Shown here: positions 23,701-34,100 of the stretch, piece by piece
Layout of the letters: every line of letters starts with the position of its first letter
Position numbering within the stretch: the first letter of the stretch is position 1
Source of the DNA: Amoebophrya sp. A120
Taxonomy: Eukaryota; Protista; Dinoflagellata
Direction: 5' to 3'
Assembly: GCA_905178155.1 (NCBI GenBank)
Contig: CAJINV010000014.1
Span: 1-64,000, forward strand
DNA length: 64,000 nt
Translations under genes and position numbers: made by a program
The notes under the pieces: model-generated
What the model saw: the letters and a program-made list of their open reading frames with translations, nothing else
Database searches by the model: none
What the model was told of the DNA's origin: nothing

Positions 23701-26598
23701 ATTCCTGATGTCTACACTGTGCAAGGTGTTGCAGATGCGCTGCCGATAAACAAAGGAACAGGCGTCGCAAATGCGCAACGTCGCAGTTGCGTGGTTTATC
23801 ATACGAAAACACAATCACCAGAGCGGCCCGGCGCACTGCACTGGGTGGCAGCCGACGGGGACTGAAGTTTCCGACCTGTCGAGTGCTTTCTTTGGCTCGC
23901 TGCTTCTACTTCTTCTAATATCGCGTCACTTTCACTGTGCAAGCTACTTTAGAAGCCTATGCCACTGATAAAGCGTAGGCTCCTTGTAAGCAAGCCTCTT
24001 GCTTCTAAAGGGAGCGCGCCTGCTGCACAAGAACGCGTAGCACACGCAGCTCCTGAACACGTTCCGACTTATTTAAGGTTTTTTTTTCATCTCCAGCGCT
24101 GGGTGTGTGACAAGGAGTGAAATGTCCGGACTTATGAAAGGGCTGGGGACGTAACTGTCCCAGTCGTACACGTTGCTCCGAAAGTAGGACTTGTCATCGT
24201 TGTACACCAGAAGCGCTCCCGGGAGGCTTGAACCGCCCGCCTGCTGCAGAAAAAACCCCTCCACGGGGCGCGGAACACCGTCCGCGAACCGCACCTCCCA
24301 CCAGGCCGATTGCGTTAGCGGGGGTACGTACCGGGTCTTCCGAATGAGCAAGGTGTAGAAGGGCACGTCGGTCATGGTCCCCACCCCGTAATATCCGATG
24401 GGTGCCGCTCCCTCCGACCCGGCGAGATAGTCGCCGTACGGGTTTATCAAATGTAAAAATGTCTGGGTCTGGAAGAGGAGAAGTTTGTCATGCACATTTT
24501 CCATGATCCATGATCGTCTGTGATGTGTGCCATAGCATCACAGATTTTTTGAGCGCCTGTCGATGCGCATCCAGCATGACAAATGCCCTCTCCGCGTAGC
24601 CAAGTTTGGTCCTCTTGCTGCTCATGCAATACAGATTTCTGTAGCATCCAAATGCAGCATCACAAGTTTGGCTCTTCCAGACCCAGACATTTTTGCAGTT
24701 GATAGGGTTGACAGATAGACCATCGCTCGCGGTCGAGCTATGGTAGTTTTCCGGCCCCTATGGATTGTAAAAGTGTCTGGGTCTGGAAAGTTGTGCTGCT
24801 GGGTGGCGTCTCATGATGAGGCCACAAGTGCTGTCTCAGCATGACAAGTTTTTGAGCTTCTAGGTGTTGCCTATTCTGTATGACAAACTGTGTTTCTGCA
24901 TCACAGAAAAATGGACCTCTTGGGTAGCGTGCATGACAGATTTAAGTGTCATGCCAGACAAGCATGACAAACATGCATTCTTCCAGACCCAGACACTTTT
25001 GCACTTGATAGCCCCTGACTAACGAGCAACCCCGCCGTATGGAGGTGGCAGGATCGATATCGAAATGGTCAAAGGTAACACATAAAATGCATGACGCGAG
25101 GCGCGTGCGTTGCAGAGCAGGCAAGTGAGGCCGATTGTATTAAGCTTGTTCGGGGTTAGAGCTTGAGCTGCTGTAGTAGCATGAAAAAATCAGTCTTATT
25201 TGTCTAAACAACGCGACAAACTGGATTTACATTTAGGGACAGCCAAAATTTGTCATGCGCCATTTAGAAACAGGGCTCCAACTGGCATCCATTTTCCTTA
25301 TGCGTGACAAATCACTTCAACTTTGTCGATTTCGATCCTGACAGTTGGTTCCATACGCTGCATTGTCGGGGTCTCCATTTGCGTCCAGCAGAGGGAAGGC
25401 TGTCGGCGGGATCTTAGCGAGGGGGGAAGCTTGGAAGAGCCAAAGCCCACAGATTATCACCCGGCCCTGCACCGTCACTTTCGTTGCCCTTGCGCCCACG
25501 GAGACCCAAAAGCCCGAGACTCCCCCCAAGACCGCGGGAAGGGCCGCAATATGAGCAGAGCCGGCGTCGTCCAAATAAATAGATGTGTCGGCAAAGCTTA
25601 CGGTGTGCGCGCCGGCTCGGTCTACCCCAAAGATGACCAGACCCGCAATTTCGCGCGGAACCTGATCCGCAAACTCGACGGAATATCTAATCGAGCCTCC
25701 GTCGGAGGAATCGCCGTTCCAACAGTAGAACGGCTCGTCAGGAAGGCCGCGATTCTTCGTGTCGCCCACAGGGCGGTTTAGCGGGTTCGTGGCTGCATAG
25801 GTTGCCTCGTTGTTGTACACACTGGACGCGGTCACGGAGAGGCGCGCAGGCTCCACGAAAGTGCCGCTACGGGTTGCGTGGTGCGTTGATTCGTAGAGCC
25901 AGAAGCCGCAAAAGTGCAGATTCTCGGCTTCCAGTTTGATTTTCCAGACCTGTTTCTCGAGCTGGACGAAGGTGCCGAACTTGTGTACGTTGCTCGGCGT
26001 CTTCGCTGGCTCTGGCGAAGGACTGTCGTTCAGGTAGATCAGCGCGTTTTGAATCTGATCCCCGTCACCGGTGTTGTCCCGCTTGAACAGTGAAAACCCC
26101 GTGATGTGCCGGGGTTTTTTGTCCTGAAATTCGACCGCCCACCAATCAGCGCCCCAAGTAGCACCATCCGGTGTACTTGACTATGTTCGTCGCGGTATTG
26201 TCTCCCTCTGGGCGCGTTAGCGGCAGCGAATGGTGGCACTTGCTGTCGTCGTTCTGACCACACTTCGACCAGGACCATGGGTCCTTGTACGGGGCGGAGC
26301 TCGTCTGCAACAGAGTCGGCGGCACAAACAACCCGTTTGTTCCAGCAGGCCTACCCGCCTCTGTTCCCACGGGGACCAGGGGCAACTGCTGCACCAGGAG
26401 GAGCAGCAGGTTGCTCAGTGTAGGCCACGCGACGTCGAGGACGCAGCAGTTCTTCTTGCAGGGCTTTTTACTTCTTTTGCAGCAGAAGAAGTTGTAGAGC
26501 TGCGCACCGCGGCCTCTACTGTGCGGCCGCCAGAACCACGAGAACAAGCGGTGGGCTGCGGCACAACATCCTGCAGCTGCTAGAGCCAGAAGTTTCAT
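5729..26598 (-). CDS. Gene 1: giant (~4,100 aa) multi-exon adhesin/lectin-like protein with F-type lectin/discoidin-like repeats, PAN/apple repeats, 2 kringles and Thr-rich linkers
   Basis: Probable start MKLLALAAAG at 26598; stop TGA at 5729-5731 after ...FSYQVDI. Contains 23 introners plus a 1.3-kb intron. Junctions translated by hand are in frame (e.g. YCFHN|GGTNNWWAVEF, ISPQD|LPGRKIRRVGF, WQECV|RLCAQNPSC). One frameshift (~26155) and one in-frame TAG (19829) are unresolved. Confidence 0.8.
5801..5961. mobile_element. Introner family C
   Basis: TATGCAGTGCAA...TTGCAATGCATA; DR GAGGT; frame restored. Confidence 0.9.
6400..6742. mobile_element. Introner family B
   Basis: TATGGAAGCG.CAGGATCGAAAT TIR; DR CCGGG/CCGGA. 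Confidence 0.9.
6885..7176. mobile_element. Introner family F-like (degenerate)
   Basis: TATCCAACAGAAA...TTTCTGTGAGATA; DR decayed; frame restored. Confidence 0.65.
7366..7631. mobile_element. Introner family A, apparently converted to a GT-AG intron (7362-7632)
   Basis: GTCTGGGTCTGGA TIR; minus strand reads CAC|GTAAGC...GATACCAG|ACT. Confidence 0.85.
7633..9298 (-). CDS. Gene 1 exon: two kringle domains, F-type lectin/discoidin-like domain, Cys-rich module
   Basis: Kringle motif YRGCQT..G..CQKW..QSP.TH...DHNYCR.P...FCYT..RF..C occurs twice (~8895-9135, ~8620-8865). PWLQVDLGGLFTVTRVEI...GRYVVLEL follows. Confidence 0.9.
9299..10697. mobile_element. Introner family A with a nested 1.1-kb insert
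   Basis: Long perfect TIR TATCAAATGCAAAAATGTCTGGGTCTGGAAGAATGCAA; DR GGTCC. Confidence 0.92.
9477..10609. mobile_element. Non-coding TIR element nested in an introner
   Basis: Imperfect TIR GCACTACGCTGAGTTG / GCAGTAATCTGAATTG; ATGCAT flanks both ends; subterminal CTGARTTG motifs. Confidence 0.6.
10744..10887. mobile_element. Introner family C
   Basis: TAT...ATA ends; DR CGCGT/CGAGT. Confidence 0.9.
11092..11347. mobile_element. Introner family A
   Basis: DR TGCCC. Confidence 0.9.
11692..11966. mobile_element. Introner family A
   Basis: DR CGTTG. Confidence 0.9.
12010..12249. mobile_element. Introner family E
   Basis: TATGACAGTGCAC...GTGCACTCTCATA; DR GCGGT. Confidence 0.9.
12288..12518. 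mobile_element. Introner family F
   Basis: TATCCAAAGAAAAAA...TTTTTTCTTTGCATA; DR CAATC/CGCTC; frame restored. Confidence 0.8.
12559..12783. mobile_element. Introner family F
   Basis: DR ATAGG/ACACG (decayed); frame restored. Confidence 0.8.
13192..13443. mobile_element. Introner family A
   Basis: Perfect TIR; DR CGGAC. Confidence 0.92.
13496..13604. mobile_element. Introner family G (109 bp)
   Basis: AATTAACCATCCCCATCC inverted repeat; DR TCCAC. Confidence 0.9.
13677..14055. mobile_element. Introner family J
   Basis: DR TCGTC/TCGCA; frame restored. Confidence 0.85.
14056..16750 (-). CDS. Gene 1 exon: tandem PAN/apple domains plus a lectin-like domain
   Basis: Repeated ECRYLC....CSAFF....C.L...GC and C.ARC....C..F motifs; NPLGYERG...CAFT...NWWRVGF. 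Confidence 0.85.
16751..17029. mobile_element. Introner family M
   Basis: TATCCTGTGTAAAAACGTC...CTCAAGATA; DR AATGT/AGTGT; frame restored. Confidence 0.8.
17030..19556 (-). CDS. Gene 1 exon: lectin-like and Cys-rich region
   Basis: 850-aa open frame containing GWWKVVF..IVLFNR. In frame with both neighbouring exons after introner removal. Confidence 0.85.
19557..19719. mobile_element. Introner family C
   Basis: DR AGCGG. Confidence 0.9.
19927..20255. mobile_element. Introner family H
   Basis: AAGGAAAAA..CCCCTCCCCATA inverted repeat; DR GGGCT. Confidence 0.9.
20327..20558. mobile_element. Introner family E
   Basis: DR CTGCC/CTGGG. Confidence 0.85.
20780..21121. mobile_element. Introner family I
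   Basis: TATGAAAGCCTCAG TIR; DR CCGCC. Confidence 0.9.
21122..22025 (-). CDS. Gene 1 exon: PAN/apple repeats
   Basis: DCLLSCAAVEECTGFNF and ECMLTCAHYPTCNGFV; bounded by introners. Confidence 0.85.
22026..22313. mobile_element. Introner family A
   Basis: DR CCCCC. Confidence 0.88.
22807..24171 (-). other. 1.36-kb intron/insertion flanked by a ~33-36 bp duplication of coding sequence
   Basis: 22772-22807 matches 24137-24169. A 13-bp inverted repeat lies at 22828-22840 / 24131-24143. An in-frame GT..AG pair is available. Confidence 0.6.
24445..24704. mobile_element. Introner family A
   Basis: DR GGGTT. Confidence 0.92.
24759..25010. mobile_element. Introner family A
   Basis: DR GCCCC; internal sequence is an inverted relative of 13192-13443. 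Confidence 0.92.
25038..25355. mobile_element. Introner family B
   Basis: DR CGCCG/CGCTG. Confidence 0.88.
25356..26598 (-). CDS. Gene 1 first exon: hydrophobic N-terminus and two lectin-like repeats, with an apparent frameshift near 26155
   Basis: Frame 1 ends ...KYTGWCYLG and the adjacent frame continues ADWWAVEFQDKKPRHITGFSLF, homologous to the repeat at 11350-11690. Confidence 0.65.
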
Positions 26599-27271
26599 GC
26601 AGGGCAGAAACGAGGAAAGGTACCAACTCATCAAAAACGACGACGTCGCGGCCGGACGAACAGCAGAAGATGAGCCAGAAATCAAAAATACTGGCTTGTT
26701 GCTGGTGCTGCTACAGCGAGAAGCGGGAAGATCTCGATGTTGCCTAGGCGGGTCGGAACAGCATGTCATGATTTCTACTATCTATCGGGATCTATTATAT
26801 AATGCGCGTGTGGGCAGTACGCGCGGGACTCGCTGAAAAGTCTCGCTTCACCGTGGGACGTACGAGGTACATACTACATGTTAAAACGAGAGCAGTTGCA
26901 CTACCGTCGTTTATTTCATTTCGCTACCTAAGTAGAAAGTCCAAGTCGCATAGAAAAACTTTCTAGTAATGGAATACCAGCATGCCAAACAACGGGTACC
27001 GGAGCTCCAACAGAAAAGCATCACTAAACATATTAGTGACGAGCATAGCACCAATTTATCGAAAAACTCTTACTTTTTCAAAGAAGAAAGCGAAAGAAGA
27101 GATGAGATCATGACGAAAAGATGATCTATAGTCACAGGCTCCGTAACCGTAATCTTCACACGGCAGGCACACCAAGAGACAGATCTTTTTCTTCTTCGTA
27201 TTCCTTGTTGTCCTTTATCTATCATCAACAAGAAGTCTTGAGGTCAAAGCTCTATAACAAATACAAAGTAG

Positions 27272-28007
27272 AAGTGCTTGCTCACTTTGCTCCCGGCACG
27301 AGTGGAGGTGGCAGGCGATAACTTCTACATTGATGCTCCTGGGAATCATGATAAAGAACAGGAGAAAAGTAAAAGTTGGGCGACGTACAGCGTTGCAATA
27401 TATGTCTGGGTCTGGAAGCGGGCAAGTCTGTAACGCGCCCTTGGAGGGGCCACACCCGCACAAGAATCTTCGGTCTTCGTCTTGCATGACCGCCACAAGC
27501 TGCTGGGGCGAAATTATTGATGTGTCATGCAGAATACATAGGCATTGCAACTTGCAAAGATCTTGCGCCAGACTCTGCAACGCTGGGCCCAGCACCTCAG
27601 ACCTCCTGGGCCGTGCAAAACCTGCGTCAAAAGTACAGTAGCAGCACTGTTTGAGATAGACCCAGACTGACGTTTAATTTGCAGTGTTGATTTGATAAAT
27701 GCAATAAGCGAGCAACAAGAGAACAACGACAGTTAGGTGGTTGAGTGCCAAACTCTAGTACAGCGGCGAGATATTATTGCTATCAGATACGACGTCGACG
27801 AAAGAAAACGGATCCACAGCTTCCCTTCTGCTGGTAGCGGTACAACAGTCGTGCCTTCAAAAAATATTGCTTTCCAAAGAAGTATTGAAGTGCAGGAGCA
27901 GGAGGTGGTGGTCCTGCTCGGTAATAAAAGTGCAAGAATGTGAATGGTGCTATCGCTCACAAGAAAGGGCAGCACCGCTATCGGTTACAAGATCGGATCC
28001 CTCCTGA
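27272..28007 (+). CDS. Possible small plus-strand coding segment split by one introner (hypothetical)
   Basis: Removing 27386-27789 plus one DR gives an open frame ...KSKSWAT|STKENG...DPS*. No start codon or domain recognised. Confidence 0.25.
27386..27789. mobile_element. Degenerate family A introner
   Basis: Left end ATATGTCTGGGTCTGGAAG; DR CGACG. Confidence 0.65.
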
Positions 28008-28168
28008 CACGAGGACCGCCATATTTTTATGCAGTGGTCCCGGAGCTGCTCCACCTGTAATCATCTTCTATTATTCGACTACTCCATTTCGAAAATGAAC
28101 ACGTTTCTTTGATAAGAATTGAAGCGCGTAATAAATTGTACAACGAGCAGCTGTACTAGGTGCCTCTC

Positions 28169-31100
28169 TCATTGGTAATCAGCCTCGACATCTTCTTGGT
28201 ACATGTCAAGCTTCGCCACAGCTGCGCCGGTTCTCTTTGCCTGAGCGGCTTGCAGGTGGTCGGTAGTCGCACTTGTTGTTTCCGGTAGTTCACCCGTACC
28301 ATAATCCTGGTTGGCAGACGAGGAAGAGGACGCAGGAGCTCTCGTCGTCGATATGGAGAGAAAAAAGTTTCTCACAGTCACGAACTTGCAGGTTTTGCAT
28401 TACAAATTTTCTCAGAATCACAAACTTTCCTTGTATTGCAGAAACACTAGGGAAATCCTTAATGAAGTTTGGCTGTGAAGATGCATTTTGACGCATGACA
28501 AACAATTTTGTATTGCAAAAATGCGCATGAGTGATCGTGACGAACTTTTTTTCTTTGATAGTCGACCCCTCTATTTTAGTACTACCTGCAGGCATCGCAA
28601 GAAAAAACTGTTTCACTGTGAACTTGTGATGCATAGAATGGACCACAGAACTATTTGTCTTGCTACACCTGCAAGACCTTGACTCTTTAGGGGTGTTCTT
28701 TTCCCTTTGGAAGCGCGCATGGCAAATTTTCTGTGTCATGTGTAACAAACTTGTGATGCAGATCTTGCAAAATCATCACAGTGAAACAGTTTTTTCGTGG
28801 GATACGGATAGCAGGTGGAGTGGCTGGGCGGCCCGGGAGATTTGGCGCAGTTGTTTCCGGCTGCTCCTCGCGCAGTTGCTTTTTCAATTTTGCTTCGTAC
28901 TCATCCTTATGCATTGCAAAAGAATGATCGTGCTCTTTCGATACTTAAATCAACGCAACCGTGCATGGCAGAAGAAGATCTAGTAGTACCTCTGCACATC
29001 ACTGCATGCTCTCTCAGTATTTTTACAAATTTAGAAGTATATTTTTCATGCTGACCAAACTTTTTTAACTTTTTGTTATGACGCGATTTGTACTAGTACG
29101 ATAGTACAACTTCTTTTGCAGTGCATAATCCTCTAGAACGCCGAGCTCATCGACCTGGTACTCCAGCGCAGCCAGCGCGTACCGTTGTCTCATATGGGTG
29201 ATTCTCAACTATCCTTACATTCGCAACTGCTACAGGAACATCAATTTGTGAAGATGATGCAAGAGTAAGCAAATGTGATGAAAGGTGAAAGAATCAATGT
29301 AAACTGCGCGCTTTGCATTACATTTACAATAATCTGGAACGGGTACGGATTTCGATTTCCATGCTGTTAAGGAGTGCGACGAGAGCTTGCCATGCAAAAA
29401 ATTAGCTTGATCGTGTGGATGGTGGTAGCAAATTTGCATGATCACAAATAATCATGCAACAGCTGGGAAGAATGTGACGCATCAAGTGTAAAAGTGTCTG
29501 GGTCTGGAAGAATGCAACTTGTGATGCTGCATTTGGATTCCAAAAAAATCTGTATTGCATGAGTACCAACGGGAATGCGATTTTTGCTACGCTAGTAGTA
29601 GTAGTAGTACCATTTAACTCCTGGCGGGTGGGCGTTAGAACAGATTTAGCCTCTGCCAATACCTGGGCGTTAGAACAGATTTAGCCTCTGCCGATACCCC
29701 TAGGTGGAGACGCGGTCCACTTCCTAACTACCACCCGGCTGCACCTGCAAAACCGCTATCGATTGCTTACGCATGGCTACAACCAGTGGGCGCTATGTGT
29801 GGCTGACCTGCCTTACCATCCAAGCCCGCGAGCAAGGTGGAGATCCAGTATTGCCTTGAAGGGTTAGTCTTACAAACTTGCTCGCAGTCTTACTTTTGTG
29901 GCCGGTTGCGCGCTAAAAAATATACAGGGGGTCTAATGATCAGACACGGTGATCCTATCACGATGGCGGACGACCCAACGGCGTGCCCCTTTCAGACACT
30001 TTACGCTTAGAAGGCATTTGTCATGCGGAATAGGCATCAAGAAGCCCTCAGAAAATCTGTATTGCTAGGGTACGCATCACAGACATCATGGATCATGCAA
30101 AACGTGCAAGACAAGTGTCAGAATCTTCCAGACCCAGACATTTTTACGGTTGATATGACGCTTGAGAATCCCATACCTCCTCTCGAATTCCTCGAAGGAC
30201 AGTTCCCGACGCTCTACTTTGCCGCCTATGCATTGCAAATATGTCCTCTGGGTGGTCTGGAATGTTACAATTTGTCATGATGCGAAATCTCGACTACAAA
30301 AAAAATTGCGTTCTTCGCATGACCGCAAAAAGCTCCCCACTGCTTGCTAGGTAAAAGGCGGGCTTCTGTTGATGCGGAATAAGCATGTTGGGGATCGATG
30401 GTTTATTCGTGATGAAATCTGTGAAGATGCTTCTGTGTGCAAGTGCATTCCAGATCATGTGCGTGGTCCGCGAGATGCATGGCAAATCGCGGATTATACT
30501 TCCAGACCCAGACTACACATTTATGCTTATTTGCATTTGATACCGGCCGCCTTTTTCTCATTCATTTCTCTGATCTTTTCGCAGCTCGCCAAAATGTTTT
30601 GGTCGGACCAGCGCGGCGCGATGCCGGGCTGCAGCGGCGTGTCATAGTAGGTTATTGTGAGGAAAAATCCCCCCTCCCCATATCAAACCGGGATACTTCT
30701 GAAAATTTGTGACGCTGATTTGAGACCACAAATCGTCGCTGTATTGCATGAAGGCAAATCTACAGGCTCCGCCACATTCTACAGGCGGTTTGTCATGCAG
30801 CTGTTGGCGTTGCTCCTACAGCCGCGTAGACGTCTGTCATGCTAAGCGCCTAGGCCAGAACCTGTCTACTCAGGCTTGATATGGGCCTGCAGTCCTCGCC
30901 AGCAAGACAGATCTGATTTGTGTACGCAAATCCAGCATCAGAAACATCGTTTTGATATGGGGAGGGGGGATTTTTCCTTACGATATAGGTGATAGGGTAA
31001 CTTGAATCTCTTTCGAACATCTCCTGCGTGAGGTAGTCGCAGGCAGATGATGCAGACGAGGCGTCGCGGCCTGCTTGTTCTTGCGCAGAAGCATGATGCT

Positions 31101-34100
31101 GAACTGGAGAAGATGTTGACCCTGTATGGATTGCAAAGGTATCGCACTCGTATAAATGTATTACAAATTTCCCCAGCATGAGAAATAAAATATGTAATGC
31201 GGATTTGACTTAACGAAAAGCAAAAGATTTGTAATGCATGACTGCAATACGAATACGATGCTTTTGCACAGGATACCCTGCTCCTCTGTACAACTCGCTT
31301 TCTGGTTCAACATTTTCGTCCACAACACCAATCATCAGGTACAAGATGTCAATGCGCATGTGCCGAAGAAAAAAGATGTTGGCGAACTCGTGATCTTCCA
31401 GGGAGGCGAGGTAGTTGAGCCCCACTTTGATGATATCACACTGCACGACTCCCTTCCCCCTCATTTGTCATGCAAAATAGCAAATCCAGGCTGTGCCTCT
31501 TGCCACTGCTTGCATGACAAGCGCCTTAATTTATATGGGGCCGCCCTGCCCTTAGCCTTCCAACATGACAAACTCCGGAAGCCCAAACAGTACTACACTC
31601 CTGGGCAAATTTGTAACATGCAAAACAGGCACTCATCTTGCTGACGCTTGTATTGCCGTTCATGCTATACAAATGAGGGGAAGGGGGAGTTGTGCACTGT
31701 CATAGATGATGTCGCGCATGTAAACCGGCAACTCAGGTTCGCCCGATTCCTGTTCATCATCAGCAGGCTCGTCTTCTCCCTTTTTCGTCGAACCACGACC
31801 AAACAGCTTGGAGAGGTTGACAGTTTGATAATTTGAAACCGAATAAAGTTTGAAGTCCGCGGAGTGTCCAGTACTCGCTCGCGCTCCCTCGCCGTATGAC
31901 AGTTGCGCACAGCTCGTCCCTTTCACTTGTAGTACGTGGGCATGAAGAACAGCAATACAAACGTCGGCACGAATGCAGGTTTTGCATGCCAAATTCACAA
32001 CTGCACAGGACGACTGTATTGATGTTTCTTGGGCAGCTCCTGCCAGAATCTGTCATGCAAACAGTGCCAAGAAGAACAAGAAGCAGAGGCTGGATTTACA
32101 ACCATTTCCATTTTCCATGACAGGAGTGAATGAGGAGCTGTAGCTGAAGCTGTGCACTCTGATACGCCGAAAAAAGCATCCACAAAGGTGTCCGACTCTT
32201 CCGTCGAAACGTGTTGGTCGTTATTCCCTGAAACTTAACCGCCCCGATCCAATTTGTCATGCAAAACATGTAGGAAATTCTGTGTCTTTCATGTCAAAAA
32301 TGGATGGTGATGGTTTAAAATTTTCAGGGAATAGTCGTCGAACCCGTCCTCCAGATACTTCGTATGGAAAACCTCCCAAGTAGCGTTACACTCTCAGCTG
32401 TTAGATGGATTTCGTTTGCCATGCAGAACTGGTGCCTTAAGCCGCCAGACGATCAAGCTACTTCGCACGAAAAATTATCTCCGCAGCAGGGCTAAATAGC
32501 ATTTAAATCTGTTCCGAATCTGTGAAGCAGCAAGCTTGCCCCTTTGGCTGTTTTTTTCGTTCTCGTCGCATCACAAATTCATGCAACAGTTGAGAGTCTA
32601 ACTGCTTTGAGAACGCCAACATACTTCGCCCGCCGGCGCTCGTCCCGAAGACACGTGTATCCTCAGCAAGAACGTCCACCCCAATATAACACAAAAAAAA
32701 GCAGGCAGGTCGCATGATTTTCGTAGTTGCAAAAATAAATACACAAAAAAATCTGTATTGCATATCCTAAGCAGCATGCTACGAGGCCGCCTATCATGAC
32801 AAATTTTTCTGTGTATTTATTGCATAATACAAATATAATTATGCCCTGCGTGCTTTTTTGTTTTTCTCTGGGATATGCGACTGATCCCTACATTCAAGAT
32901 GGGAAAGCTGCTAGAGAAAAAAAACAACAAGGTTTGGCTGTTGTGCATAAAACCAAGTTTGGCCTCGCAAGGTAGCCGTGTCGTGTGTGCAGCCACGTGT
33001 AGCAGCAATATTACAGATCGAGCGGCTAAGTAGTTGATTATAATTATGCTGACGCTGATTCACGCATGACAAAATTCAAAACACGACTAGGAAATCAAAG
33101 GCTTCTCCTGGTGGTCCTGGGGCCGCGCTCGCGCATCATGATAAACATAAGCACTTATTTTAGAAATGGCTGCTGCTCTGCACATGATGCAGATTTGCAT
33201 AACAGGTCTGTGGTGTTTATGTACTGGCAGAGACCGAAATGAAGCACAGAGAAACTTCAAACTTTCACAAAAGGATGGGGAGGATAAGCAACTATGTCGA
33301 GAAGAGAAACGCGCGGCATTACTCTACTAGGTCTGGGGTGTTTATGTTCTGGAAAAGACCAAATTAAAGCACCGCGAATTTTCGAATTTTCGCGAAAGCA
33401 CAGCGACAGAGAAGTTTCGAGAGCACGAGTTTTTCGACTGGGGTGTTTATGTACTGGAAAAGACCAAATTAAAATTTAAAGCACAGAGAAATGGGGTGGG
33501 GACCGACGTTCTTACTCAGGATCATAAGGTGTAGGCCCGGTTTAGCTGCTGAAACTGCTCTTTGTCACCAGTCGGCTTGTCGGGATTATGCATTGCAAAT
33601 ATCCAACCTGGACGTCTGTCATGCTAAAAAATCTGGACCGCAAATAAAATATCTATGTTGCATAGACCAGGCCAAAAATCGTCACCTTTTTGCCGTGGAA
33701 GCGCCAAGCTTCTGTTTCGTGCGGGTGGACATTTCCGTCGTATGGCAAAGGTTTTTCAAAACCTGTGATGCTTGTTCTGTGTCAGTTTTTCCAGAAGACC
33801 ATCTACGTGATCCTACACCATGAGATGCATGTCAAAGGCGCAATAAATTCTTCCAGACCTGCTCCCAGACATATTTATAATTTGCACTGGATAGGGATGC
33901 ACACGGAGTGACTTGCGGCGGAATTGACGCACCACCTGTTCCGTGGTGCAATCCTCGGGCAAGTCCAACAGCTCGAAATACTTCAGCCGCGGCCTGCTCA
34001 GCCGATTCATTTTTCTTCGAATTCTCTCGTCTTCCGATTCGTCTCCAGCGACGGTCACGGTAGGGAGTTGGTCAACAGTGAGTTCTCTAAGTTTGCTAGT
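28169..34100 (-). CDS. Gene 2: J-domain (DnaJ/Hsp40 type III) protein with 13 introners; 5' end not resolved
   Basis: Spliced by hand: KYFELLDLPEDCTTEQVVRQFRRKSLRVH|PDKPTGDKEQFQQLNRAY|TCLRDERRRAK|YLEDGFD|DQHVSTEESDTFVDAFFG... The frame stays open to stop TGA at 28169-28171. Confidence 0.88.
28352..28560. mobile_element. Introner family K
   Basis: DR GTCGA. Confidence 0.9.
28593..28810. mobile_element. Introner family L
   Basis: AAAAAACTGTTTCACTGTG inverted repeat; DR GCAGG. Confidence 0.8.
28908..29127. mobile_element. Introner family C
   Basis: DR ATCCT. Confidence 0.9.
29480..30155. mobile_element. Family A element nested in the TIR of the J introner
   Basis: DR TGACG; GTCTGGGTCTGGAAGA inverted repeat. 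Confidence 0.88.
29594..30001 (-). mobile_element. SINE-like or truncated non-LTR repeat nested in the family A element
   Basis: (AGT)n tail at the left end; TACGCT flanks both ends; related copies at ~47560-47891 and ~48170-48237. Confidence 0.65.
30227..30542. mobile_element. Introner family A
   Basis: DR CCGCC/CCGGC. Confidence 0.85.
30653..30985. mobile_element. Introner family H
   Basis: DR TAGGT. Confidence 0.9.
31125..31275. mobile_element. Introner family C
   Basis: DR CCCTG. Confidence 0.9.
31434..31704. mobile_element. Introner family E
   Basis: DR GATGA. Confidence 0.9.
31895..32164. mobile_element. Introner family E
   Basis: DR CGCCG. Confidence 0.88.
32222..32333. mobile_element. 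Introner family G
   Basis: TATTCCCTGAAA inverted repeat; DR GTCGT. Confidence 0.9.
32363..32623. mobile_element. Introner family J
   Basis: DR CTTCG. Confidence 0.85.
32658..33526. mobile_element. Introner family M (long; internal tandem repeats; probable nested F-like piece at ~32685-32876)
   Basis: TATCCTCAGCAAGAACGTC / GACGTTCTTACTCAGGATCATA; DR ACGTG/AGGTG; removal restores J-domain helix III-IV. Confidence 0.85.
33587..33893. mobile_element. Introner family A splitting the HPD motif
   Basis: DR GGGAT. Confidence 0.9.

Larger units (their letters stand above)
29193..30175. mobile_element. Introner family J containing a nested family A element
   Basis: TATGGG.(G)ATTCTCAA ends; frame restored (FEEFER|RQRYALAALEY). 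Confidence 0.8.

Noticed and set aside
30156-30175. Apparent coding continuation YGILKR
   Set aside because: It is the terminal sequence of a family J introner. The same peptide recurs in ORF-track translations near 44050 and 47920.
33510-33520. GTAAGA canonical donor on the minus strand after the HPD exon
   Set aside because: It lies inside the family M TIR; the TAT boundary at 33526 rebuilds the J-domain correctly.
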